Shown here: positions 31,638 through 40,938 of the stretch, in pieces
How the letters are laid out: each line of letters begins with the position of its first letter
How positions within the stretch are numbered: position 1 is the first letter of the stretch
IMG/VR virus record: IMGVR_UViG_638341196_000008
Length of the DNA stretch: 44,694 bases
Direction: 5' to 3' (one strand)
DNA from: a virus
Lineage: Duplodnaviria; Heunggongvirae; Uroviricota; Caudoviricetes
Translations under genes and position numbers: made by a program
The notes under the pieces: generated by a model
Told to the model about the DNA's origin: nothing
The model's input: the letters and a program-made list of their open reading frames with translations, nothing else
Database searches by the model: none

Positions 31638-33195
31638 ATGAACAATGAACTCCCCGATGATATTGAGCTGCTTAAAGCCATGTTGCGTAAGCAACAGAGT
31701 CGGCTTCGACAGTATGCCTGTCAGGTCGCGGGCTATGAGCAGGAAATTGAACGGCTGAAAGCGCAACTCGACAGGTTGCGTCGTATGTTGTTCGGCCAGA
31801 GTTCAGAGAAAAAGCGTCATAAGCTTGAAAATCAGATCCGACAGGCAGAAAAACGACTGTCGGAACTGGAAAACCGGCTGAACACAGCCAGAAATCTTCT
31901 GGAAGATGCATCGTCAGTCACAGATTCACCTGACACCAGTCCCCCGTCAGAAAACCCGATCGCCAGTAAGCCTGAATCCCCGGGAGACACATCGCCTTCT
32001 GCCTGCTGAAACCAGTTGCCCGGCCTGTGGAGGTGTTCTGAAAGAAATGGGGGAAACAATCTCAGAGCAACTGGATATCATTAATACCGCCTTTAAAGTT
32101 ATCGAAACCATACGTCCCAAACTGGCCTGTAGCCGGTGTGATGTCATCGTTCAGGCACCACTTCCCCCTAAACCGATCGAACGCGGTTATGCCAGTGCAG
32201 GGTTACTTGCACGGATCCTGGTCAGCAAATATATGGAACATATCCCTTTATATCGCCAGTCAGAAATATACGCGCGACAGGGCGTGGAGCTGAGCCGTAA
32301 TACCATGGTGCGCTGGGTATCAGAAATGGCAGACAAACTCCGTCCTCTGTATATAGCGCTGAATGACTATGTTCTGGAGGCAGGAAAGGTGCACGCAGAT
32401 GACACTCCGGTGAAAGTACTGGCCCCGGGGAACGGAAAGACGAAAACGGGTCGTCTGTGGGTATACGTCAGGGATGATCGTAATGCGGGTTCATCCCTGC
32501 CGGCAGCCGTCTGGTTCGCGTATTCGGCAGATCGCAAAGGAGAACATCCGCAGCTCCACCTGGCAAAGTATCAGGGCGTACTGCAGGCTGATGCCTATGC
32601 AGGTTATAACGTACTGTACGAAACGGGCCGGGTGAAGGAAGCCGGGTGCCTGGCCCACGCCCGCCGAAAAATCCATGACGAGGATGTGCGCCGTCCGACA
32701 GAAATGACTCAGGAAGCGCTCAGACGGATAGCAGAGTTATACGACATAGAAGCGGAGATACGTGGCAGTCCGGCAGAGGAACGGCTTGCAGTCAGAAAAG
32801 CCAGAAGCGTCCAGTTGATGCAGTCGTTGTACGACTGGATACAGTTGCAGAGGAAAACGCTGTCGAAACATGCGGAGATGGCGAAGGCGTTCGACTATAT
32901 CCTGAATCACTGGAATGCGCTGAACGAGTTCTGTCGTGACGGCTGGGTGGAAATAGACAACAACATCGGTGAAAACGCGTTACGATCGGTGGCGGTTGGA
33001 AGAAAAAATTATCTCTTTTTCGGCTCAGACAAGGGAGGAGAAAGTGCGGCGATCATCTACAGTCTGCTGGTCACCTGCAAACAGAACGAAGTGGAGCCGG
33101 AGGACTGGTTGCGCGAAGTGATCGAGAAGCTCAATGACTGGCCGTCGAACCAAGTGCATGAACTGCTGCCCTGGAACTTCTCGTCTGTAAAATAA
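31638..33195 (+). pseudogene. tnpC: IS66-family transposase TnpC, split by a frame change between 31906 and 32009
   Basis: N-terminal leucine-zipper ORF (31638..32009) and main ORF (31906..33195, containing CPACGG zinc finger) are in different frames; same in copy B. Confidence 0.7.
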
Positions 33196-33227
33196 TCCTT
33201 ACGCTACGTACTTCTCGGGGCGCTTAC

Positions 33228-33235
33228 ATTTCTCC
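33228..33235. repeat. 8-bp target-site duplication half (ATTTCTCC) at copy A right end
   Basis: Reverse complement of GGAGAAAT at 43653..43660, flanking copy B outer end. Confidence 0.7.
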
Positions 33236-33276
33236 AGCCTCTTTCCAGCAATAATCAGACCAGACAAAAAGCAGGT

Positions 33277-33615
33277 CTAACCAGTTTTCTGGCCTCCGCG
33301 GGATAATTTTTGGATTGTTTCGGTTGAAACGCGATCTCCCTCCGAATTGCAGGAACCATCAAGAGAGAGAGCCGGAGAAATTTGCCCGACCTCCGGCATC
33401 GTTTCATCTGTTGATAACCAATAAGCATACTTCTTAAATTTAGGGTGTTTCGTAACCTTAAGTAAGGCACCCTCTGTTACTTGCTTCCCCCTCACCTCAT
33501 AGTTAGTTACCGTCCCATAAGGCAGCCCAACACAATCCGCAAACTCCTGGCGGGTCATACCTTCTGCTTCACGAATCAGGCGAAATTTTTCACCCATGCT
33601 TGACAAAGATGCCAT
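33277..33615 (-). CDS. C: P2 C-type immunity repressor
   Basis: ...GLPYGTVTNYE...KHPKFKKYAYWLSTDETMPEVGQISPAL...GGQKTG parallels P2 C; start approximate. Confidence 0.75.
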   Translation of the reverse strand: MASLSSMGEKFRLIREAEGMTRQEFADCVGLPYGTVTNYEVRGKQVTEGALLKVTKHPKFKKYAYWLSTDETMPEVGQISPALSLDGSCNSEGDRVSTETIQKLSRGGQKTG

Positions 33616-33728
33616 ATCGGGCATGTCCTCCATCGCAACATGCCACATCGGGCACAAACATAAAAACACTCAAATAAGCCGATATAAGCCATTTTGAGCC
33701 ATTCGAACGAATTAGGGAGATTACCACA
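33616..33728. promoter_or_regulatory. C/cox divergent promoter-operator region (Pc/Pe analogue)
   Basis: Position between divergent C and cox; AAGCC/AGCC direct repeats at about 10-bp spacing may be operator half-sites. Confidence 0.4.
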
Positions 33729-34016
33729 ATGAGCGAATCAGAGTTTGGGGGGGGCATTCAGGTAGCACCATATCCACTTGAAGCGGTGCCATATCAACTA
33801 TTCGCCAAGATGATCGGCCGCAAGGAATCCACAGTCAGAACCATGATTGACGCAGCAAAGCTACCGACAATTGACTTTGTGAAACCAGGTTCAGTAAAGA
33901 CGCGTGCATCAGAAAACTGGGTATATCTGCCAACATTTAACGAAGGCATGCGCAAAGCGTTTTTTGAGCAACCGAAAGAACGCCGCGACGCATGGTTGTT
34001 GTGGCTGGGACTTTAG
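33729..34016 (+). CDS. cox: Cox-like excisionase/repressor
   Basis: 95 aa; ...PYQLFAKMIG...WVYLP..N.G...LWLGL parallels P2 Cox. Confidence 0.75.
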   Translation: MSESEFGGGIQVAPYPLEAVPYQLFAKMIGRKESTVRTMIDAAKLPTIDFVKPGSVKTRASENWVYLPTFNEGMRKAFFEQPKERRDAWLLWLGL

Positions 34017-34022
34017 TCATAA

Positions 34023-34229
34023 ATGACCAGCCATATCATCAGCGCCATTCTGACCCTTGTTTTTATTGAGATAGGCGTAATAGAGATCTATTTGTTTCGC
34101 AAGTTAACGGGACATGAAGAACGCTTTATTGAACTCAGCATTGAATATATCGCCGCTTATACCAAAGGACTTTTCCCGGCAGCTATTGGGGCGGTGTTTA
34201 TAGCGTTTGTTATCTGGTTTATCGGGTGA
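34023..34229 (+). CDS. Small membrane protein, 68 aa
   Basis: Two hydrophobic helices; first gene after cox. Confidence 0.4.
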   Translation: MTSHIISAILTLVFIEIGVIEIYLFRKLTGHEERFIELSIEYIAAYTKGLFPAAIGAVFIAFVIWFIG

Positions 34230-34334
34230 GAAACCTGACAACCTAGACTGGCCCCCTGAATCTCCAGACAACCAGTATCACTTAAATAAGTGATAGTCTT
34301 AATACTAGTTTTTAGACTAGTCATTGGAGTACAG

Positions 34335-34700
34335 ATGATTGATGTCTTAGGGCCGGAGAAACGCAGACGGCGTACCACACAGGAAAAGATCGCAATTGTT
34401 CAGCAGAGCTTTGAACCGGGGATGACGGTCTCCCTCGTTGCCCGGCAACATGGTGTAGCAGCCAGCCAGTTATTTCTCTGGCGTAAGCAATACCAGGAAG
34501 GAAGTCTTACTGCTGTGGCCGCCGGAGAACAGGTTGTTCCTGCCTCTGAACTTGCTGCCGCCATGAAGCAGATTAAAGAACTCCAGCGCCTGCTCGGCAA
34601 GAAAACGATGGAAAATGAACTCCTCAAAGAAGCCGTTGAATATGGACGGGCAAAAAAGTGGATAGCGCACGCGCCCTTATTGCCCGGGGATGGAGAGTAA
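34335..34700 (+). CDS. insC: IS2 InsC (OrfA)
   Basis: [47 protein letters not shown]... matches IS2 InsC. Confidence 0.9.
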
Positions 34701-35563
34701 GCTTAGTCAGCCGTTGTCTCCGGGTGTCGCGTGCGCAGTTGCACGTCATTCTCAGACGAACCGATGACTGGATGGATGGCCGCCGCAGTCGTCACACTGA
34801 TGATACGGATGTGCTTCTCCGTATACACCATGTTATCGGAGAGCTGCCCACGTATGGTTATCGTCGGGTATGGGTGCTGCTTCGCAGACAGGCAGAACTT
34901 GATGGTATGCCTGCGAACAATGCCAAACGTGTTTACCGGATCATGCGCCAGAATGCGCTGTTGCTTGAGCGAAAACCTGCTGTACCGCCATCGAAACGGG
35001 CACATACAGGCAGAGTGGCCGTGAAAGAAAGCAATCAGCGATGGTGCTCTGACGGGTTCGAGTTCTGCTGTGATAACGGAGAGAGACTGCGTGTCACGTT
35101 CGCGCTGGACTGCTGTGATCGTGAGGCACTGCACTGGGCGGTGACTACCGGCGGCTTCAACAGTGAAACAGTACAGGACGTCATGCTGGGAGCGGTGGAA
35201 CGCCGCTTCGGCAACGATCTTCCGTCGTCTCCAGTGGAGTGGCTGACGGATAATGGTTCATGCTACCGGGCTAATGAAACACGCCAGTTCGCCCGGATGT
35301 TGGGACTTGAACCGAAGAACACGGCGGTGCGGAGTCCGGAGAGTAACGGAATAGCAGAGAGCTTCGTGAAAACGATAAAGCGTGACTACATCAGTATCAT
35401 GCCCAAACCAGACGGGTTAACGGCAGCAAAGAACCTTGCAGAGGCGTTCGAGCATTATAACGAATGGCATCCGCATAGTGCGCTGGGTTATCGCTCGCCA
35501 CGGGAATATCTGCGGCAGCGGGCTTGTAATGGGTTAAGTGATAACAGATGTCTGGAAATATAG
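34658..35563 (+). CDS. insD: IS2 InsD transposase (OrfB)
   Basis: 301-aa DDE transposase characteristic of IS2. Confidence 0.9.
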
Positions 35564-35817
35564 GGGCAAATCCACAACCCACAACTACTGCAATGAGGGT
35601 AATTATGTGTGGCATGGACAAATTGGACCTTATGTTAATTGTAATACTATCAATTAACTTCGGTTACCTCTTAAGCGGCGCAATTCTCATGTGCGGAGGC
35701 AAACGAAAATGAACCAGCAGTCCGCAAAACGTGAAAACAATGCGATGCGATTTAATCGCAAATATTTTGAGTTCGGCCTCTATGCCGGAATAATTAAATC
35801 TGTACAGAGTCTTTAAC

Positions 35818-36159
35818 ATGAAACAGCAACGTAATTCACGCTTTCGCAATGGTGCAGAACGCCACGCTAACCGTTTTGCTACCAGTGCATCACGCAGCAA
35901 CATCCGCTACAGCCTGAGTGATACACGCGCAACGCCGGATGGCTACCCAGTAAAACAAATCGGCGAGCATGCCTGGCTGATTGAGAAAGCTGGAATCGTG
36001 ATCCACAAATGCCCACGCAATCCGTTTACCGGAAACCGCATTTTTGCTCTAAGCTGTGGCGACAATCAGTTCGGGCAGGATTTCACATTATACGAAGCAC
36101 TTCGCACGGTTGATCGTCTGCTTCGCGGGCAAAGTTTTATTAAACAGGCTGATTTATAA
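35818..36159 (+). CDS. Hypothetical early-region protein, 113 aa
   Basis: ORF in early operon orientation. Confidence 0.45.
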   Translation: MKQQRNSRFRNGAERHANRFATSASRSNIRYSLSDTRATPDGYPVKQIGEHAWLIEKAGIVIHKCPRNPFTGNRIFALSCGDNQFGQDFTLYEALRTVDRLLRGQSFIKQADL

Positions 36160-36169
36160 CAGGTGCTTT

Positions 36170-36457
36170 ATGACCAAAGACCATGCACAAGGTGTATTTA
36201 TCCGTTTTATTGATTTTCGCGGTGAACTGTTATTACGTGCATCCGCTATTGACGGAGTGACTCCGGCGGGTAAAAACGGAGCCGACGAAGCCACTTACGT
36301 TTATCTGAACGGCACGCGACTGCTTGTGGAACTTCCGTACCAGACCGTACGAAAAATCATTAGCGAAGCTGAAAAGGCACGCCAGGTTAATGGCGATGAA
36401 CCCTATATCGAAATTATTTGTATGGATTCAGAAGCTGAAATACAGAAAGCAGATTAA
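36170..36457 (+). CDS. Hypothetical early-region protein, about 95 aa
   Basis: Start set at ATG (MTKDHAQ) after SD-like AGG. Confidence 0.45.
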   Translation: MTKDHAQGVFIRFIDFRGELLLRASAIDGVTPAGKNGADEATYVYLNGTRLLVELPYQTVRKIISEAEKARQVNGDEPYIEIICMDSEAEIQKAD

Positions 36458-36465
36458 AGGGCGTT

Positions 36466-36711
36466 GTGATGGGCAAAGAATATAAAACTCTCATTAACAA
36501 AGCACTTGAGCGTTTTTATTTTCGCTTAAGTGCATCAGGCGCTCATGCTGAACGTGCGGCCCGTGACTCATTGACCAGAGCAATCCGAAGTCTGTATGAC
36601 GTGGCTTTTTACGCTGATGATCTGGATGCACTTAACGAACTTTCCGAGCTGATCTGTGCCGCAGAATGCGGGGAACATATTGAACCGTATAAGCTGGGGA
36701 ATATCGCATGA
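36466..36711 (+). CDS. Hypothetical early-region protein, 81 aa
   Basis: ORF in operon. Confidence 0.45.
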   Translation: MMGKEYKTLINKALERFYFRLSASGAHAERAARDSLTRAIRSLYDVAFYADDLDALNELSELICAAECGEHIEPYKLGNIA

Positions 36712-36907
36712 GTATATTTATCTCATGGCTTGTTCTGATTATTTCGGTGGCCTGCGCTATTGGGATTATGCGAATTATTCATTCAATAAAAAAGATTGAA
36801 CGCTTTTTCACTGGCGAATAACAGAGCAAATAAAACCACAGATTAAATAAGAAAATGTAAAAACAATCCGCATTCGCGGAGGTATTCGCACACGCCAAGG
36901 AGGCGTA

Positions 36908-37111
36908 ATGGCAATTAAGCATTTTCCTGTCGTTCGTTTTACCTCCAGAGGGCGTGAATACGAAGTCGACGAACGCCTGATTACCACAATCGACAAACAC
37001 CGTTCAGAAAAGGATGCACATCACATCTATCTCACTGACGGCACTTACTTCTGCGCCACGAATGTGGTGCGGGTGAACCTTATCCGACAGGTACAGGAGT
37101 CACGCAGATGA
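36908..37111 (+). CDS. Hypothetical early-region protein, 67 aa
   Basis: ORF; SD-like AAGGAGG upstream. Confidence 0.45.
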   Translation: MAIKHFPVVRFTSRGREYEVDERLITTIDKHRSEKDAHHIYLTDGTYFCATNVVRVNLIRQVQESRR

Positions 37112-37353
37112 CCATTCTGGACTATATCGCCGCCAATCCGGGGTGTAGCGGTGGAGAAATCGCCGCAGCACTGAATACCCCAACCACAGCCATTAATGCG
37201 GAGTTACGCCGACTCTGGCGCAGTGGTTCAGTCATAAGAAAAGAGCGCAAAACAGGCGGTCGCTTTTCTTACCAGATAAACCCGATGCCGTTCGGGTGCG
37301 GCAATCCACTTACCAACACGTTTAACCAGCTACTGAAGGAAGCCAGAGCATGA
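37108..37353 (+). CDS. Small winged-helix-like DNA-binding protein, 81 aa
   Basis: ATGA overlap with neighbours; MTILDYIAANPGCSGGEIAAALN... HTH-like. Confidence 0.45.
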   Translation: MTILDYIAANPGCSGGEIAAALNTPTTAINAELRRLWRSGSVIRKERKTGGRFSYQINPMPFGCGNPLTNTFNQLLKEARA

Positions 37354-37649
37354 GCGCCATCAACCACCAGGAATTACGCGAACTGGCGACTGACCTGCAA
37401 CGAATGGCAACGCCTCAAAAATTACTGGCGTTTCGCGCAATGCTCTCGCCGTCTGCTGTGCTGGCGCTGCTGGATGAGCTGGAGCACGCCAGAACCACAC
37501 CTCTCGCCATTCGCCTGACGCTCCGTCATGAAATCGAGGATTTCTGCGCGACGTTGGAGGCGCCAGGCGAACCGGAAACGCCGGAAGCAATACAGCAAGA
37601 GCTGCTGCAACGCATTGACAAGGTTTTTGATTTTTTTCTGAACCACTAA
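37350..37649 (+). CDS. Hypothetical early-region protein, 99 aa
   Basis: ORF overlapping previous stop. Confidence 0.45.
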   Translation: MSAINHQELRELATDLQRMATPQKLLAFRAMLSPSAVLALLDELEHARTTPLAIRLTLRHEIEDFCATLEAPGEPETPEAIQQELLQRIDKVFDFFLNH

Positions 37650-37771
37650 GAAACCAGAACATGCACACACAAAAAAACCGCTTGCCATGCCGCAATCAGT
37701 CAGGTTACATTTCCGCTGCACCTCACAAAACGGGTGCCGGGTTTCGCAGCCTGCTGACTACACAAGCGCAC

Positions 37772-37792
37772 AACCGCGCCAGCGGTTTTTTT
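37772..37792 (+). terminator. Possible weak terminator (short stem accgc/gcggt followed by T7)
   Basis: caaccgcgccagcggttttttt read directly; short stem. Confidence 0.3.
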
Positions 37793-37971
37793 GTGCGTAC
37801 TGTATTGCTACGTTTTTTTCGCGTCAGAATTATGGCGGGGCGTACGGGGCCGACTTCGGTCGGGCCGGGTTCTTGTGTAGCCGGTACTGCGAACCTCGTA
37901 CGTCTCGCCACCCACAGTTTCGCAGCTCTGGATGGTGAGTTTTCACAACTTACTACACAAGGGGCCACACC

Positions 37972-38202
37972 ATGGCAAACCGCAAACCACACCGCGCTAT
38001 CGCGGAGCGTCGTCACATCCAGACTGAAATCAACCGCAGACTTTCCCGCGCATCACGCGTCGCGCAAATCATGCACATCAATATGTTGCATGAGCGCAGC
38101 CACGCACTATCAAACATTTATTCCGCCTCTGTTTTCAGCTATCTGGCGGATGATCTGCACGAGCTTCAACAGCTCATCCAGCAGCAAAACAAACTCCATT
38201 AA
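37972..38202 (+). CDS. Hypothetical early-region protein, 76 aa
   Basis: ORF. Confidence 0.4.
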   Translation: MANRKPHRAIAERRHIQTEINRRLSRASRVAQIMHINMLHERSHALSNIYSASVFSYLADDLHELQQLIQQQNKLH

Positions 38203-38274
38203 TTCCTGTTCCGGGCCTTTCCTGCACCTTGCGGCGGGAGGCCTTCGCACATCTGTAACAAGAGGATTGCCGCA

Positions 38275-38640
38275 ATGATTCTCGCCAACGACTTTCTTGA
38301 ATACCTGCTCAACACAGAGCGTGATCTTGCCGCTCGCGTGCGTGATCGTTATGACATGTACCTGAAATCCCTGCCTGTACCGCAGCTCGCTGACGGAAAG
38401 ATTGTTATTGATGGTCGCTACATGATTGACAGCCACGAGGGAAATTACAGGCTTTACCGCATTGAAGGTGGCACCCCGTCCGTTATTGGCATTTACCAGC
38501 GCCCATCCTCTGCAATCGTCGATGTGATTGCCGACAGCATCCGCATCACACATCGCCATGCCGACACAGAAGACACCGTGCTGGAAATTCAGCGGCTGGC
38601 TACAGTCTGCCGCGACACCCTGAATGGCATGACGAAGTAA
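38275..38640 (+). CDS. Hypothetical early-region protein, 121 aa
   Basis: ORF immediately upstream of A. Confidence 0.45.
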   Translation: MILANDFLEYLLNTERDLAARVRDRYDMYLKSLPVPQLADGKIVIDGRYMIDSHEGNYRLYRIEGGTPSVIGIYQRPSSAIVDVIADSIRITHRHADTEDTVLEIQRLATVCRDTLNGMTK

Positions 38641-38646
38641 ATCACT

Positions 38647-40938
38647 ATGACGGCAGAGTACATCAGGGACTGGCAACAACCGCGCCACGCAGTGGGGCGT
38701 GAAGGAACGGGGATCCCCGCTCCTGAATCCGTGCTTTCCTCCTGGCTGGATGCCTACCGGGTAGAGAACGAGCGCCGCCAGGAAATGGCTAATGCGGCGT
38801 TCTCCGCCACGCCGCTGGGCAACCTGATTAATAAAAGCCTGGACGCACAGGAAAAACAGGACAAAACCATCACACTGGCAGGAGACGCCAGAAAACAGGC
38901 ACGCGGCGCGGTGGATGAAGCCATGGCCTCGCTGCACCTGCTGCCGTCCTATCTGCGCGATCCGCTTATTCGCCACCTCTCCTTCCTGCGCAAAAAACAG
39001 GAAGCCGATCGCCGGAAAGGCAAAAAGAGCTGGCAGGCGGAACGCTATGCACGCGGAACCCTGCGCAAAATATTCGAACGTCTGGATCGCACTGACGGAC
39101 ACTGGCTGACACCGGGTTATCGCTCCCTTGCCGGACGCGAACGCCTGGACGATTTGCTTTACCTGCCGCAGCTCAACAAACACCAGATACAGACGCTGGC
39201 CACCATGACGGCGGCGATGTTCAGCAGCACCTTCGAAAAACTCTGCGATGGCTTTGGCGCGACCGATGGCGAACTGACCATGGATGTAACGCTGAAGGCG
39301 TATCAGATGCTGGCCCGCATGGCGTTACACCTGCACGCCATGCCTCCACATTATGACGCACTGACAACAGACAAAGACCGGAGGAACGAACCGGACACGG
39401 AGCTGCTGCCGGGCGCAATCCTTCGCCTGACCTGTGCGGAATGGTGGAAACGCAAACTGTGGCTGTTACGTTGCGAGTGGAGAGAAGAACAACTCCGCGC
39501 CGCCTGTCTGGTTTCCAGAAAAACATCACCCTATCTGAGCCAGGACGCGTTAAGCGAGTTTCGCGCACAGCGCGAGAAAACACGCGATTTCCTGAAAAGT
39601 TTCATGCTGGAAAACGAAGACGGGTTCACGATTGATCTCGAGACAGTGTATTACGCGGGAGTAAGTAACCCGGTTCACCGTAAGGCAGAAATGATGGCCA
39701 CCATGAAGGGGCTGGAACTTCTGGCCGAAGCCCGTGGCGACAAAGCGGTGTTTCTGACTGTCACCTGCCCGTCAAAATACCACGCCACAACAGAGAACAG
39801 TCATCCGAATCCCAAATGGAACGGGGCCACCATGCGCGACTCCAGCGATTACCTGGTTAACACGTTTTTTGCAGCGGTCCGCAAGAAACTGAACCGCGAC
39901 GGCCTGCGCTGGTATGGCATCCGCACGGTGGAGCCTCACCATGACGGCACCGTGCACTGGCATATGATGGTCTTTGCTCATCCGGAAGAAATCGACACCA
40001 TTGTGTCCCACACCCGCGATATTGCCATTCAGGAAGATCGTCACGAGCTGGGTGATGATATTACCCCACGCTTTAAGGCGGAGTACGTCGACGGCTCAAA
40101 AGGCACGCCAACCAGCTACATCGCCACCTACATCGGAAAGAACCTGGACAGCCGCGCCGTGGATGGCATCGACCCGAAAACGGGCAAGCCACGCGTTGAC
40201 CACGAAACAGGTAAATCAATGGCCGAGAGCGTGGAGCGCGCCATCGGCTGGGCGCGCCTTCACCGGGTCCGCCAGTTCCAGTTCTTTGGCATCCCCTCCC
40301 GTCAGGTGTGGCGTGAACTCCGCCGCCTTGCCAGCCAGATAGCACGCAACCCAGAAGGCCCGCAACGGCTGAAGGATGACGCAATGGATGCGGTTCTTGC
40401 TGCCGCTGATGCCGGGTGTTTTGCCACCTACATTGAAAAACAGGGTGGCGTACTTGTTCCGCGCAAGGACTACCTGATTCGCACAGCCTACGACCTCGCA
40501 GATGAGCTGAACGATTACGGCGAACAGAGTGTACAGATTTACGGGATCTGGTCGCCATTCATCGGGGAATCCTCCCGTGTGTGCACGCATCCGGATAACT
40601 GGAAGCTGGTAAGACGTAAACCGGAAGCGGAGGACAGCACCCGCGAAAATGGTTTTGACCTTCAGGGCGGCCCTGCCGCCCCTTGGACTCGTGGCAATAA
40701 CTGTCCCCGTGTACAGGAAACGGACAACAACGGGACAGAACAGCCGAAAGAACGGCCAGCACCGTGGCCGCAGCTCCCTGACGGCGTTGAAGTGAACGAA
40801 TGGATGCGCTCACTGAAACGGCACGAACGCCGGGCGCTGATGCGTTCGCTTCGTGACAAACAGGCAAAAAACAGCAGTGATGAAATGCAGAGCTGGACAC
40901 AGAGCCGCAAACAGCAGCGGCCTTTGCCTGATAAGTAA
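38647..40938 (+). CDS. A: Rolling-circle replication initiator gpA-like; last codon and stop supplied by the IS66 end
   Basis: 763 aa; HUH-type motif HWHMMVF and active-site tyrosines YIATYIGK; stop TAA lies inside GTAAGCG of the IS terminus. Confidence 0.8.
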   Translation: MTAEYIRDWQQPRHAVGREGTGIPAPESVLSSWLDAYRVENERRQEMANAAFSATPLGNLINKSLDAQEKQDKTITLAGDARKQARGAVDEAMASLHLLPSYLRDPLIRHLSFLRKKQEADRRKGKKSWQAERYARGTLRKIFERLDRTDGHWLTPGYRSLAGRERLDDLLYLPQLNKHQIQTLATMTAAMFSSTFEKLCDGFGATDGELTMDVTLKAYQMLARMALHLHAMPPHYDALTTDKDRRNEPDTELLPGAILRLTCAEWWKRKLWLLRCEWREEQLRAACLVSRKTSPYLSQDALSEFRAQREKTRDFLKSFMLENEDGFTIDLETVYYAGVSNPVHRKAEMMATMKGLELLAEARGDKAVFLTVTCPSKYHATTENSHPNPKWNGATMRDSSDYLVNTFFAAVRKKLNRDGLRWYGIRTVEPHHDGTVHWHMMVFAHPEEIDTIVSHTRDIAIQEDRHELGDDITPRFKAEYVDGSKGTPTSYIATYIGKNLDSRAVDGIDPKTGKPRVDHETGKSMAESVERAIGWARLHRVRQFQFFGIPSRQVWRELRRLASQIARNPEGPQRLKDDAMDAVLAAADAGCFATYIEKQGGVLVPRKDYLIRTAYDLADELNDYGEQSVQIYGIWSPFIGESSRVCTHPDNWKLVRRKPEAEDSTRENGFDLQGGPAAPWTRGNNCPRVQETDNNGTEQPKERPAPWPQLPDGVEVNEWMRSLKRHERRALMRSLRDKQAKNSSDEMQSWTQSRKQQRPLPDK

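Larger units (their letters stand above)
30510..33227 (+). mobile_element. IS66-family insertion sequence, copy A (2718 bp), terminal IRs starting GTAAGCGCCCC
   Basis: Bounded by divergence from copy B; contains HTH accessory ORF, small ORF, TnpB-like and TnpC-like ORFs; identical to copy B by the ORF track, as an inverted repeat. Confidence 0.85.
34244..35574 (+). mobile_element. IS2 (1331 bp) with 5-bp target-site duplication CAACC
   Basis: Ends TAGACTGGCCCCCTGAATCTCC... and ...GGAAATATAGGGGCAAATCCA; insC 34335..34700 and insD 34658..35563; CAACC at 34239-34243 and 35575-35579. Confidence 0.9.

Noticed and set aside
38110-39183. 357-aa ORF on the minus strand inside gene A
   Set aside because: Antisense to a well-supported conserved gene; low-complexity composition; typical spurious GC-rich antisense frame
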